NCBI GenBank assembly: GCA_039591655.1
Contig: JBDHDE010000037.1
Span: 1-45,020, forward strand
Origin: Gemmatimonadota bacterium
Lineage (GTDB): Bacteria > Gemmatimonadota > Gemmatimonadetes > Gemmatimonadales > GWC2-71-9
Reading direction: 5' to 3'
Length of the DNA stretch: 45,020 nucleotides
Shown: positions 1-9,542 of the stretch, piece after piece
Numbering within the stretch: the first letter of the stretch is position 1
Layout: the number at the start of each line of letters is the position of its first letter
The notes under the pieces: model-generated
Told to the model about the DNA's origin: nothing
The model's database searches: none
Seen by the model: only the letters and a program-made list of their open reading frames with translations
Translations under genes and position numbers: made by a program

Positions 1-2
1 AA

Positions 3-206
3 CCTGCAGATAGCGCCACTCAGACAACGGTTCGTATGGCACTCATTCCGTACCCCGAAGGTGAGATACAGGTACACGATAGCGTAAAGGTCTGTTGGCA
101 CAGAGACTACGGCTACGAGCACGCGCATGCCCGGTGGCTCTTCGATGAGGATGATGCGCGGTCCTGGTTGACCTGTGTAGAGTACGGGTGCTGCGAGCCG
201 AGCTAG
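3..206 (+). CDS. 3' end of a hypothetical protein (partial, begins before the window) with a Cys-rich C-terminus
   Basis: Open frame from position 3 to TAG at 204-206: PADSATQTTVRMALIPYPEGEIQVHDSVKVCWHRDYGYEHAHARWLFDEDDARSWLTCVEYGCCEPS*. Not in the ORF track. Confidence 0.55.
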   Translation, partial: PADSATQTTVRMALIPYPEGEIQVHDSVKVCWHRDYGYEHAHARWLFDEDDARSWLTCVEYGCCEPS

Positions 207-320
207 GCAGGCGCGACACGCCGGTGCTGGTCTGAGCTCTGCCCTGACGGTTGGCGGCGCCCCGACCGCCGCACAGAAATAGCGCTGGCCTGATAGACTC
301 GGGTCCTAGTGGGCCGAGAC

Positions 321-1157
321 CTACTCCGGTGCCGTCAGCCCCTCCACGAACTCCCCCGCGCTCCCCTGTCGTTCGTCCGGCCTCTTGGCGAGGGCTCTAT
401 GGATCGCGTCCTCCACCCGCTGCGGCACGTCGGGTCGCACCACGCGGAGCGACGGCGGGCGCTCCCTCACCTGCCTGGCCATGATGGCCTGTGCGGTGCG
501 GCCGGTGAACGGTGGCTCGCCCGCCAGCATCTCGTACAGCAGGCAGGCAAGAGCGTAGATGTCGCTGCGGTGGTCGAGGTCTGGTGTGGCGGAGGCCTGC
601 TCGGGACTCATGTAGGCGGGGGTCCCCACCACCAGGCCGCTGGTGGAGAGCCGCTCCCCGCCGGCCTTCACGATGGCCCGGGCCACCCCGAAGTCACAGA
701 TCGCCGCGTGGCCCGCGACGAACATGATGTTGCCGGGCTTGATGTCCCGGTGCATCACGTTCCTGGCGTGGGCGAAGTCGAGGGCGGCGGCGATATCCCG
801 CGTGATGGCAAGGGCGTCATCCAGGCTGAGGCGGCGGTCCCTGAGCAGGCGCTCCTTGAGCGAGCCCTCGGCGGCGAACGGCATCACGTAGTACACCAGG
901 GTGCCGGCCTCGTCGGACTCGCGGAGGGGCAGGATGTTCGGGTGCTCGAGGGACGCGAGGAACTCGATCTCCTGATGAAACCGGTCGGCCAGGAGGGAGG
1001 TGGCGAACTCGGGCCGCAGGACCTTGATGGCCACGAGGTCCCCCGTCCGCCGGTCCCGCCCGGAGAAGACCGTGCACATGCCCCCGTGGCCCAGCGAGCG
1101 CTCGACCTCAAAGCGATCTGCCAGGGCCTGCTGCACGACCTCGAGCTTCACGGACAT
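321..1157 (-). CDS. Hanks-type Ser/Thr protein kinase, kinase domain only
   Basis: LGHGGMCTV Gly loop, VAIKVL, HRDIKPGN catalytic loop, DFG, GTPAYMSPEQ, SDIYAL. Start placed at ATG 1157 (MSVKLEV). Confidence 0.93.
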   Translation of the reverse strand: MSVKLEVVQQALADRFEVERSLGHGGMCTVFSGRDRRTGDLVAIKVLRPEFATSLLADRFHQEIEFLASLEHPNILPLRESDEAGTLVYYVMPFAAEGSLKERLLRDRRLSLDDALAITRDIAAALDFAHARNVMHRDIKPGNIMFVAGHAAICDFGVARAIVKAGGERLSTSGLVVGTPAYMSPEQASATPDLDHRSDIYALACLLYEMLAGEPPFTGRTAQAIMARQVRERPPSLRVVRPDVPQRVEDAIHRALAKRPDERQGSAGEFVEGLTAPE

Positions 1158-1264
1158 GGCAGGGGACCTCGAGCAGGCATTTGCCAGGCTCCTAATAGAT
1201 GGAATGGATCGGCACAGATCCACACTAAGTTGAACCTACTTGTCGGGTATCGCTAGGAGAGGCG

Positions 1265-2482
1265 CTACAGCTGCGCCGTCTCCTCCAGCTCGCGGCGGCT
1301 CGTCTCGGGGAGCAGCGCCAGGATCAGGACCAGCGCCGCCACCACGAAGACCACGGTGAGGGATACGGCGTTGCCCCAGCCGATGTGACCGGCGGCCCAT
1401 CCCACCAGCCCCGGTGCGATCACGTAGCCGATCCGTCCCAGGAGGTTGTTGGACCACGCAAAGGCGTCCGCCCGCATCTCGGTGGGAAACAGCTCTGTGG
1501 TAAAGGCGTTCAGGAGCGCCAGCAGCGCGATGGCCGCGAAGATGGCCCCGGAGAGGCAGAACGTGAGGGCCCAGAAACCGTCCAGCTGGTACGCCAGGAC
1601 CACGAACACGGTGCACACCGCGTAGATGAGAATCGCCCCGCGTCTCCGCCCCCAGTTGTCGAGGAGCTTGCCGATGGCGAACACGAGCGGCAAGGCTCCC
1701 AGTGACGCTATGGCCACTGCTTTGCCCACGGCAGCGTCTGTGAACCCACGCTCGCCAACTGCGAACTCCTTCCAGAAGAGCACGGCGGTGTTGGTGCACA
1801 TGTACGTGAGGCCCCAGATGAGGGCCATTTGGAGCACCCGCTTGCGGTAGGGGCTGCGGAGGATCGCGAAGAGGCTCCGCTTGGTGTCCCGGCGTTGCGC
1901 GGCATGTTCGGCGTACCGGCCGGTTTCGCGGAGGCCGCGGCGGGCATACGCCAGGAGCAGCAGCGGGATGACGCCCACGAAGTACACGGTGCGCCAGCCG
2001 TAGGGGGTCTGCAGTAGGAAGGGAACGACGGCGGCACACGTGATGGAGCCGAGGGAGTTGCACGCCTGGATCACCCCGATCACGAAGCCGCGGCGCTCGG
2101 CCGGGTACTCCTCGGCGGCGATCACCATGCTCAGCGCCCACTCCGCGATCAGGAACACCCGGGCTGTGAACTGGAACAGTGCGAAGTCGAACGCCGACTG
2201 GGACAGCCCGGTCATGAAGGTGAACGAGGCGTAACCCAGGATCGTGATCGCCAGGACACGGCGTCGCCCCCACCGGTCGGCCAGGCGGACCATGAGGAAC
2301 GCAAAGATGGTCCCGAAGGAGATGACGGAGGCCAGCATCCCCCCCTGCGCCTCGGAGAGCCCCATCTCGGCGCGGAGGTTGGGGAGGATCTGGCTCAGCG
2401 CCGTGAAGTCGTAACCCTCAAAGAAGGTCGCGACGCTGAGGAAGACGAAAAGTCGCCTGTGGTAGGTCGAGAGCCTGCTCAC
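1265..2482 (-). CDS. MFS transporter
   Basis: About 12 hydrophobic segments; FEGYD, motif A (LADRWGRRR; GKLLDNWGRRR), EEYPAERRG, TELFPTEMR, LPETS. Confidence 0.92.
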   Translation of the reverse strand: MSRLSTYHRRLFVFLSVATFFEGYDFTALSQILPNLRAEMGLSEAQGGMLASVISFGTIFAFLMVRLADRWGRRRVLAITILGYASFTFMTGLSQSAFDFALFQFTARVFLIAEWALSMVIAAEEYPAERRGFVIGVIQACNSLGSITCAAVVPFLLQTPYGWRTVYFVGVIPLLLLAYARRGLRETGRYAEHAAQRRDTKRSLFAILRSPYRKRVLQMALIWGLTYMCTNTAVLFWKEFAVGERGFTDAAVGKAVAIASLGALPLVFAIGKLLDNWGRRRGAILIYAVCTVFVVLAYQLDGFWALTFCLSGAIFAAIALLALLNAFTTELFPTEMRADAFAWSNNLLGRIGYVIAPGLVGWAAGHIGWGNAVSLTVVFVVAALVLILALLPETSRRELEETAQL

Positions 2483-2529
2483 CCGCTCTCCCCGCGGTCC
2501 GGCTGCGCCACGCTACGCCCCGTGACGGA

Positions 2530-2557
2530 TTGACGCAAGTGCGGTGAGCCGTAGCTT
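2530..2557 (+). promoter_or_regulatory. Putative sigma70-type promoter
   Basis: TTGACG-N16-TAGCTT upstream of the gene starting at 2602. Confidence 0.4.
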
Positions 2558-2601
2558 TGTCTTACCATTCAAACGGCGGACCGAGCGAAGGGAGCGGACT
2601 C

Positions 2602-3099
2602 ATGGTGCGGTCGAGCTTGGTGGTCGCACTGACGTGTGCGGCCATGGTAGCGTGCACGGGGGGAGGAATGACGCAACGGGAGCGTCTCATCGAGCAGCAG
2701 GTCGTCGAAGAGCGCGTGGCCACTTGGGTGAGGGTGATGAACAACGCCCGAGTGGACAGCCTGGTGGCGATGTACATGCCGACCCCCGACTGCAGAAAGC
2801 TGTGGGCCGACGGTCGTCGCAGCATCGGAGCGGAGCAGTTGGAGCAGGATCTGCGCGCGTTCTACAGCAGCATCAACTACATGAACTTCGTGCTCCAGGA
2901 TCCCGTGGTGGAGATTCTGAGCCCGGGCCATGCTCTCACTACGTTCCGGCACTCGACAGACGTCGTGCAGGCGGGTGGGGCGGGACGCACCGTCGCGCCC
3001 GGGCAGGGAGCCCTCGTGTGGGTGAAGGACCCGGCGGACCGGCTCTGGAAGATCCACCTCGAGCACATTTCGGTGCTCCCGCCGCCGCAGATGAACTAG
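2602..3099 (+). CDS. NTF2/SnoaL-like (DUF4440-type) domain protein, probable lipoprotein
   Basis: AGGGAG before ATG 2602; hydrophobic N-terminus ending MVAC; NTF2-like pattern (VDSLVAMY...LVWVK...WKIHLEHIS). Confidence 0.7.
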   Translation: MVRSSLVVALTCAAMVACTGGGMTQRERLIEQQVVEERVATWVRVMNNARVDSLVAMYMPTPDCRKLWADGRRSIGAEQLEQDLRAFYSSINYMNFVLQDPVVEILSPGHALTTFRHSTDVVQAGGAGRTVAPGQGALVWVKDPADRLWKIHLEHISVLPPPQMN

Positions 3100-3187
3100 C
3101 GCGGCGGCATCAGCTGCCTGCTGCGCCGTCGGCGGAGCCTGAAACCCGGGGCGCACCCCCTGCGAGGTGTGTCGCCCCGGCGGCGAC

Positions 3188-3225
3188 AACGCAACCGCTT
3201 GTGCGATCAGCGGTTGCGTTTTATT
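3188..3225 (+). terminator. Perfect 12-bp inverted repeat followed by a T-rich run (terminator-like, or a palindromic binding site)
   Basis: AACGCAACCGCT (3188-3199) and AGCGGTTGCGTT (3209-3220), then TTATT. Confidence 0.5.
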
Positions 3226-3257
3226 GTTGCGCAACCTTCCACTGGAGGCCCGGCGGG

Positions 3258-4373
3258 ATGTCGGACCCCTTCCTCAGCTCCGATGAGTACGCAGAGCACG
3301 CGCATCAGCTTTACAACGAGGGTTTGTACCGGGAGGCGATTCGAGAGCTTCGCGAGGGGATCGGATTGTATCCCCACGTGGTCGAGCTGCACGTCGGTCT
3401 AGCATACGCAGAGCTGGCATCCGAGGAGTACGCCTGGGCGCGGGCATCGTTCGAGCGGGCCCTTTCGTTGGATATCGAAAACGAGGAGGGCCTTGCCGGT
3501 TTGGGCGAGGCGCTCCTCAAGCTGGGCGAGCGTGCCCAGGCGCTGCAGTGCTTCGACCGGGTACTCGCCCTGGGTTTCCGGGGGGATCACGATCTGATGC
3601 TGCAGATCGGGAGGGCGCTGTTCCGCGAGGGGATGCTGCGCCACGCGCGCGGGTTCTTCGAGCTGGCGGCCCAGCATCACACGGAGTCCGCGGAGGCCGC
3701 GGCCTGTCTGGGGTACGCCGCGCACCGTCTGGGGGACGAGGATGCCGCGCTGTATTGGCTGCGCCGCGCTCTGGACCTGGACGACACGCATACCGAGGCC
3801 AGGATCTACCTGGGCAACCTCCTGTACGACCGCGGCGAGTACGAGACCTGCCTGTTCCACTTCGAGCAGACCGAACCCGGGGAGCACTTCGACGAGCTCG
3901 CGCTGTGGCGCACGATTGAGCTGAAGAAGTCGATCTACCGGCTCGGCAGCGACGACCCCGAGCTCGTGCCGTGGCAGCGCCGGTTGGGCGGGTTGATCGA
4001 CGAGCCCGACGCGGTGGACCGGCTCCTGGCGGAGGTCGCGGCGATCCAGCCCGATGGCTCCATCAGGGATCCGCGCCAGCTCGAGCTGTTCGGCACGCTG
4101 CTAACGGAGCTACAGGGCATGCAGCGCCGCGCGGTGGGTGAGGTGCACCGCGTGCGGACCACGGCCGGGGCGACGTATGCCGGGACCTGGGAGGAGATAG
4201 TCTTCCAGATGAAGATGGACGACCGGGACGGCGCCGGAGCTTCCGTCACCCAGTACATGGAGCGGGTGGCGCAACGGAGCCGCCTGGAGATGGGAGTCAT
4301 CGTGCCGGTGACGGACGCGGAGAGCTTCGTGGGTGGGGCCGCCGCGGCCGGACTGCTCAAGATCCTGCCCTGA
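3258..4373 (+). CDS. Tetratricopeptide repeat protein with an unrecognised C-terminal domain
   Basis: GGAGG before ATG 3258 (MSDPFLSS); repeated TPR-like helices (LAGLGEALLKLG, AACLGYAAHRLG, IYLGNLLYDRG). Confidence 0.85.
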   Translation: MSDPFLSSDEYAEHAHQLYNEGLYREAIRELREGIGLYPHVVELHVGLAYAELASEEYAWARASFERALSLDIENEEGLAGLGEALLKLGERAQALQCFDRVLALGFRGDHDLMLQIGRALFREGMLRHARGFFELAAQHHTESAEAAACLGYAAHRLGDEDAALYWLRRALDLDDTHTEARIYLGNLLYDRGEYETCLFHFEQTEPGEHFDELALWRTIELKKSIYRLGSDDPELVPWQRRLGGLIDEPDAVDRLLAEVAAIQPDGSIRDPRQLELFGTLLTELQGMQRRAVGEVHRVRTTAGATYAGTWEEIVFQMKMDDRDGAGASVTQYMERVAQRSRLEMGVIVPVTDAESFVGGAAAAGLLKILP

Positions 4374-4442
4374 GCCGCCCTCGGCGTCGGTGCACTGCAG
4401 CCCTCGGGGCCACTGGTCCCGGGGGCTGTTAGCTTACGGCCC

Positions 4443-7055
4443 ATGTCGTGGACCCACGGAGTACAGAAAGCGGTCCTGCCGAATGGCCTGACCCTCCTGG
4501 CGCAGCGGCATGAGTCGGCGCCGGTGGTCGCCGTAGTGACCCACGTGAGGGCCGGGTACTTCGATGAGCCCGACGAGTGGGTCGGGATCTCCCACGTCCT
4601 GGAGCACATGTACTTCAAGGGGACCGCGCGGCGCGGCCCCGGCGACATCGCTCGGGAGACGCAACTTCTCGGCGGCTATATCAACGCGGGCACCATCTAC
4701 GACAAGACCGTCTACTACACCGTGTTGCCCTCCGCTACCGGGGGGCTGGAGCGGGCGCTGGACGTGCAGGCCGACGCCTTGATGCATGCCGCCCTCGATG
4801 CCGGGGAGCTGGAGCGGGAGCTGGAGGTCATCATCCAAGAGGCGAAGCGCAAGCTCGACACGCCGAGCGCGATGGTGGCCGAGGGGCTCTACGAGCTGTT
4901 GTTCCGGGTCCACCGCATGCGCCGCTGGCGTATCGGCACGGAGGAAGGCCTGCGGCGGCTCATCCCCTCGGATGTGCGGCAATACTACGCGACCCGCTAC
5001 GCTCCGGGTCGCGTGATCGTGGCATTGGTCGGGGATCTGGACCCCGCCGCTGCGCTGCAGGCCGCCGCCGAGAAGTACGGCGTATGGCCCGCGCCCACTC
5101 CCCCGGTGGGGGGCTCCCCCGCCGAACCGAACGGGCCGGCCCCCGCCCTCCGAGTGCGACACGGCGACGTGGAGCGGCCGCTGGCGAGCGTTGGCTGGCG
5201 CACCGTGGGGTCGCTCCACCAGCACACGCCGGCCCTCGATCTCGCGGCCATCGTGTTGGGCGCGGGTCGAGGGTCACGAATGTACAGGGACCTCCGCGTA
5301 CCGGGCCTCGCCGCCCGCGCCTCCGCGTCGCACTACACTCCGACTGAAGTGGGGGTGTTCACGCTGGCACTGGAGGGCGAGCCCGACCGCATCGACGTGG
5401 CGGTGGGACGAGCGGTAGAGCTGGTGGCGGGGCTCGTGGCCGATGGGCCGTCGCACGCGGAGCTCGAGAGGGCCAAGGCGCTGACGGCGACGCTCTGGGC
5501 CCGCCGCTTCGAGACCATGGATGGTCGGGCGTCGATCCTCTGTGAGGCCGAGGCCTTGGGCGGCTATCACCTGGCCGACGAGCTCTACGGACGCTCGCTA
5601 GCTGTCTCGCCGGACAACGTCTCCGGTGTCGTGCGCGAGTACCTGGATCCCGCCGCGGCGTCGGCGGTGCTGTACCTCCCCGACGATACGAAGACCCGGT
5701 TCGACGGGGCCTGGCCGCCTCCGGTGGAGCCACGGGTGATCGCTCTTCCGGGTGCAGGCGGTGCGGTGGCCTCACCCCGCGGGTACGGCACGGGCGGAGA
5801 GATGCGTGAATACCCAGGGGAGATCGGGTACCGGTTCACTCCGGGCGCGGACCTGCTGGTGAGGCGCAAACGAGGAAGCGGGCTGGTGACGCTGCTTTTA
5901 CAGGTTGCCGGCATTCCGGGAAACGAAACGCCGGCGACGGCGGGGATCTCGTGGCTCCTGGCACGGGCTTCCCTGCGGGGGGCCGGTGGCCTCACGGGTG
6001 AGGAGCTGGCGCAGGCCGCCGAGCGGTTGGGTGGCGGTCTGAGCCCCGGCGTGGGCAGCGAAGCCATGGGTTGGGGAATCACCGTGCGGGCGGACGCGAT
6101 GCGCGAGGCGGCGGACCTGCTGCGGCGTGTGGCCCTGGAGGCGGAGCTGGCGGCAACCGAGGTCGCCGTGGAGCGGGATCTCCAGGTAAGTGATGCCCGG
6201 CGGGTGCGTGACGACATGTTTCACCACCCCCTGCAGCAGGTGCTGGCCCGCGCGTTCCCCGGCGATCCCTATGGGCTGCCCGCTCTCGGTGAGCCGGACG
6301 TCTTGGTCACGATCGACGCGGACCGCGTTCGGTCGTGGGCCGAGTCGCTGGGGCGGCGCCGGGCCGTGGTGGTGGCCGTGGGCGACCTGGAGCGGGACCG
6401 CCTGCTCGAGAACCTCGATCCGTTGGCGGCTTGGCCGGGGCGGGGCGAGGCCGGTGGGAAGCCCGCCCCCCTCGGGTGGGAGGCGGGGCGGGGTGCCGAG
6501 TCGCGGCGCAAGGAGCAGACGGCAGTGGCAATGGCCTTCCCGGCGGTGCCGTTCGGGTCTCCGGACCGCTATCCCCTCGCGGTGATCCGGGCGCTGTTGA
6601 GCGGTCTCGCCGGACGACTGTTTGAGGAACTGCGGGAGCGGCGGTCGCTGGCCTACCAGGTCGCCGCGCTGCCGTGGCTCGCGCGGCGCGGCGGCGTCGT
6701 GCTGAGCTACATCGCGACGTCGCCCGAACGGGAGGACGAGGCCCGGGAGGCGATGCTGGCGGAGCTCGCTCGGCTCGCGGTCGATCCCATCACGACGGAG
6801 GAGCTCGAGCGCGCCCGCAACTATGCGGCGGGGACGGTCGAGGTGCAGCGTCAGAGCGGCGGGGCCGTCGCGGCGGAGATCCTGGATGCCTGGGTGCTCG
6901 GCGTGGTGGCCGAGCTTGCCGAGCTGCCGGAGCGCCTACGCGGGGTGACCCTGGAGGACGTAGTCCGGGTGGCGGAGAGCGTGTTTCGCAGCGATCGGAG
7001 GGCGGAGTACGTGGTGCGGGGCGGTGCGGGTCGCGCGGTGGCGACCGGCCCCTAG
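4443..7055 (+). CDS. M16 family (pitrilysin/insulinase) zinc peptidase, two-lobed
   Basis: LPNGLT, GISHVLEHMYFKG (HxxEH), GGYINAGT; C-terminal lobe RLFEELRERRSLAY. Confidence 0.93.
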   Translation: MSWTHGVQKAVLPNGLTLLAQRHESAPVVAVVTHVRAGYFDEPDEWVGISHVLEHMYFKGTARRGPGDIARETQLLGGYINAGTIYDKTVYYTVLPSATGGLERALDVQADALMHAALDAGELERELEVIIQEAKRKLDTPSAMVAEGLYELLFRVHRMRRWRIGTEEGLRRLIPSDVRQYYATRYAPGRVIVALVGDLDPAAALQAAAEKYGVWPAPTPPVGGSPAEPNGPAPALRVRHGDVERPLASVGWRTVGSLHQHTPALDLAAIVLGAGRGSRMYRDLRVPGLAARASASHYTPTEVGVFTLALEGEPDRIDVAVGRAVELVAGLVADGPSHAELERAKALTATLWARRFETMDGRASILCEAEALGGYHLADELYGRSLAVSPDNVSGVVREYLDPAAASAVLYLPDDTKTRFDGAWPPPVEPRVIALPGAGGAVASPRGYGTGGEMREYPGEIGYRFTPGADLLVRRKRGSGLVTLLLQVAGIPGNETPATAGISWLLARASLRGAGGLTGEELAQAAERLGGGLSPGVGSEAMGWGITVRADAMREAADLLRRVALEAELAATEVAVERDLQVSDARRVRDDMFHHPLQQVLARAFPGDPYGLPALGEPDVLVTIDADRVRSWAESLGRRRAVVVAVGDLERDRLLENLDPLAAWPGRGEAGGKPAPLGWEAGRGAESRRKEQTAVAMAFPAVPFGSPDRYPLAVIRALLSGLAGRLFEELRERRSLAYQVAALPWLARRGGVVLSYIATSPEREDEAREAMLAELARLAVDPITTEELERARNYAAGTVEVQRQSGGAVAAEILDAWVLGVVAELAELPERLRGVTLEDVVRVAESVFRSDRRAEYVVRGGAGRAVATGP

Positions 7056-7510
7056 AACATCGACATTGCCAGGAACGAGCGCAGATTGTCGTTCGTGACG
7101 CGGAGGCGCTCGCTCAGCAGACGCACCACCGACCAGAGTACCTTGAAGGCGAGGTCGCGGTTGAAGTCGAGCAGCATCTCGAAGTCGGGCCGCGTGATGG
7201 TGACGAGCGTGCAATCGGTGTTCGCGATGGCGTCGGTGGAGCGCTCCGAGCGCTCGAATACGGCCATTTCGCCGAAGCAGGCACCGGGCTTGAGGACACT
7301 GAGGGCCTCCTCGCCCGAGCCGGGCACCTGGCGTGAGATCCGCACCTCGCCGTCTGAGATTATGTACAGGCGACCGCCGGGATCGCCTTCCTTGAAGATC
7401 GTCTGCGCGGACTTGAAACTCTGCTCCTCGCAGATCTCGGCGACACGCGCCAGCTCTTCTTCGTCGAGGTCGGCGAAGATCCTGGCCTGTTTGATGAGTG
7501 CGACGTCCAT
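7052..7510 (-). CDS. Cyclic nucleotide-binding domain protein without an HTH
   Basis: IFKEGDPGGRLYIISDGEV, CFGEMAV, ERSTDA; GGAGG before ATG 7510. Confidence 0.88.
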   Translation of the reverse strand: MDVALIKQARIFADLDEEELARVAEICEEQSFKSAQTIFKEGDPGGRLYIISDGEVRISRQVPGSGEEALSVLKPGACFGEMAVFERSERSTDAIANTDCTLVTITRPDFEMLLDFNRDLAFKVLWSVVRLLSERLRVTNDNLRSFLAMSMF

Positions 7511-7543
7511 GCGGCCTCCCGCTGAGGGGTGTGGCCTCGGAGA

Positions 7544-8077
7544 ATGCAAGCTACAGGACTAAAGGAAGGGCGGCAACCGAGACACCTCGTGCGGGCACCG
7601 GATGTGCTCACCGCGCTGCGGGTGCCGCTGGCCGTGGCCTTCGTCTTGGTGGAGAACCAGGGGTTCCGCTTCGGGATCCTGGTGTTGGCGGCGGTCACGG
7701 ACTTCTTCGACGGCTTCTGGGCTCGGCGCATCGGCGGCTCGCGCATGGGGGTGGTTCTGGATCCCGTGTGCGACAAGCTCTTCGTCGCCGGTGCATTCTT
7801 CGTGGTGATTCGCAGCGGTGTCCTCACGCCGCTCGAGGTGCTCGGCGTGCTGCTGCGCGACATCGTGGCGCTGCTGGCCTTTCTGGGGACCTGGATCCGC
7901 CGCCGGCCCACGACGCTCCCGGCTCGGGCGGGCGGGAAGGCGGTGACTGTAGGCCAGCTCCTCACCCTGCTTGCCTTCCTCGCCGGCTCCGACCTGTTGC
8001 GTCCGCTGGCCTGGGCCACGGCAGCCATCTCGGTGTACGCCATCGCCGACTACACCCGCTTTGCGAGGAACCGCTGA
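7544..8077 (+). CDS. CDP-alcohol phosphatidyltransferase family protein (PgsA-like)
   Basis: PDVLTALR and TDFFDGFWARR...GVVLDPVCDK signature. Confidence 0.9.
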   Translation: MQATGLKEGRQPRHLVRAPDVLTALRVPLAVAFVLVENQGFRFGILVLAAVTDFFDGFWARRIGGSRMGVVLDPVCDKLFVAGAFFVVIRSGVLTPLEVLGVLLRDIVALLAFLGTWIRRRPTTLPARAGGKAVTVGQLLTLLAFLAGSDLLRPLAWATAAISVYAIADYTRFARNR

Positions 8078-8604
8078 TGCCGATGCGCTTCTTGGCAACT
8101 GTGCTCGTTCTGGTGATCGCCGCTCCGCTCACGGCGCAGGAGCCCATGGAGCCGTTCGACGAGCCCGCCTCGCAGCCCTGGGCCAAGCTCGGCGTATTCG
8201 GGTTCGGTACCCGTCTGGGTGTGGATTTCGAGGGCGAAGGACAGCTCGTCGTGAGCGGGACCCTGGACGTCGGCTATGTCCTAACCCAGCAGCTGCGCAT
8301 CCGGGCCTCGGCGGACGTCGGGCTCTTCGGCGTTGATAACACCTACGTGGGGAACCTCGAGCTCGTGTTTCGTATCCTGCCGGATTCGGCTATTGCGGTG
8401 CCGTACGCGGGTTTGGGAGTCGGCCTGTTCGGGCGGGACGAGTGCGAATTGGATCCCGGCTGCCCGAGCCTGTGGGCGCAGTTCGTGCTCGGCTTCGAGG
8501 TACGGCTGCGGGACGAGATAAACTGGCTGGTGGAGTATCACCCGCAGGACGCCTTTCGGCGCCAGCGGCTGCTGATCGGCCTCACGACCCGGGGGAGGCG
8601 TTAG
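8077..8604 (+). CDS. Hypothetical secreted protein, small outer-membrane beta-barrel-like
   Basis: TGATG overlap with the previous stop; signal peptide ending LTAQ; alternating beta strands, VPYAGLGVG motif. Confidence 0.65.
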   Translation: MPMRFLATVLVLVIAAPLTAQEPMEPFDEPASQPWAKLGVFGFGTRLGVDFEGEGQLVVSGTLDVGYVLTQQLRIRASADVGLFGVDNTYVGNLELVFRILPDSAIAVPYAGLGVGLFGRDECELDPGCPSLWAQFVLGFEVRLRDEINWLVEYHPQDAFRRQRLLIGLTTRGRR

Positions 8605-8605
8605 G

Positions 8606-9022
8606 GTGCCCCAGAAGCGAGCCGTCCGCCTGGCGTGGAGTGGTGAGGGCCTGGCGTTCTCGGGTGGGGGCACGGCGCCGCCGTCTCCATCGGTGACGAT
8701 CGACGGGGACGGGGAGGCCGGCCCCAGCCCAATGCAGGCCCTGCTCCTGGCCTGCGCCGCCTGCTCGGGCGCCGACGCGGTGGTGATCCTGCAGAAGATG
8801 CGGGTGCAGCTATCCGCGCTCGAGGTCGAGGTCGAGGGGACCCGGCGGGACGAGGAGCCGCGGCGGTACGTGGCGGTACGGTTCCGGTTTCGGCTCGCGG
8901 GGGCGGGTCTGGATCGCGCCAAGGCCGAGCGTGCGGTATCCCTCTCTCTCGAGAAGTACTGCTCGGTCGTGCATTCCCTGGCGCCGGACGTGGACGTCGC
9001 ACACGACATCGAGATTGCGTAG
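8606..9022 (+). CDS. OsmC family protein (YhfA-like)
   Basis: GPSPMQALLLACAACSG...LQKMR...LSLEKYCSV. Confidence 0.9.
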   Translation: MPQKRAVRLAWSGEGLAFSGGGTAPPSPSVTIDGDGEAGPSPMQALLLACAACSGADAVVILQKMRVQLSALEVEVEGTRRDEEPRRYVAVRFRFRLAGAGLDRAKAERAVSLSLEKYCSVVHSLAPDVDVAHDIEIA

Positions 9023-9464
9023 CGTCATCGCGCTGCTGGTTGGGCTCGTCGCGGCCGCCGGCCCCGCCGCGGCCCAAGGGACCCTGGAATGGCAGGCCCA
9101 GGGGGTCGCTACCGTAACGGGGGCGGAGTTCTATGGCGGAGGCTTGGGGGTCGCCTACCGTACCGCGGGCCGTACCCGTGTGGGGTTCCTGGCCAGCGTG
9201 GGGGATCGTGACGGCGCCTTTGCGGGACGCGGCGAGCTCATGCTGTCGTACCACCTCAACCCGTACAAGCGTCGCGGACTCACGCCCTACGCGGGAGGGG
9301 GCCTCTCGGTCACGCTGACCGAGGACGCCAGCACGGAGTACATCCTGCTGGTCTTGGGCGTGGAGTCGAGCCCGGGGGGGCGGTTTGGCTGGTTCGCGGA
9401 GGTGGGTGTGGCAGGGGGAGTGCGGCTGGCATTGGGGATCCAGCTGCGCACGGGCCGGCGCTGA
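9015..9464 (+). CDS. Hypothetical secreted protein, small beta-barrel-like
   Basis: TTG start overlapping the osmC end; signal peptide ending AAAQ; LTPYAGGGLS and WFAEVGV strands. Confidence 0.6.
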   Translation: MRSVIALLVGLVAAAGPAAAQGTLEWQAQGVATVTGAEFYGGGLGVAYRTAGRTRVGFLASVGDRDGAFAGRGELMLSYHLNPYKRRGLTPYAGGGLSVTLTEDASTEYILLVLGVESSPGGRFGWFAEVGVAGGVRLALGIQLRTGRR

Positions 9465-9484
9465 GATGATGCCGGATACGAAGA

Positions 9485-9506
9485 ACCCCGCTCCCGGGGG
9501 CGGGGT
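9485..9506. terminator. GC hairpin between convergent genes
   Basis: ACCCCGCTCC...GGGCGGGGT between stops at 9464 (+) and 9543 (-). Confidence 0.5.
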
Positions 9507-9542
9507 ATGTCTACGAACCGGTCGCGGCGCCGGCGCCGCGGG

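Noticed and set aside
2544..3257. N-terminal extension of the 609-aa ORF
   Set aside because: It overlaps the NTF2-like gene out of frame; the TPR protein starts at 3258 after GGAGG.
7498..8076. N-terminal extension of the 368-aa ORF
   Set aside because: It overlaps the phosphatidyltransferase gene; the signal peptide begins at 8077.
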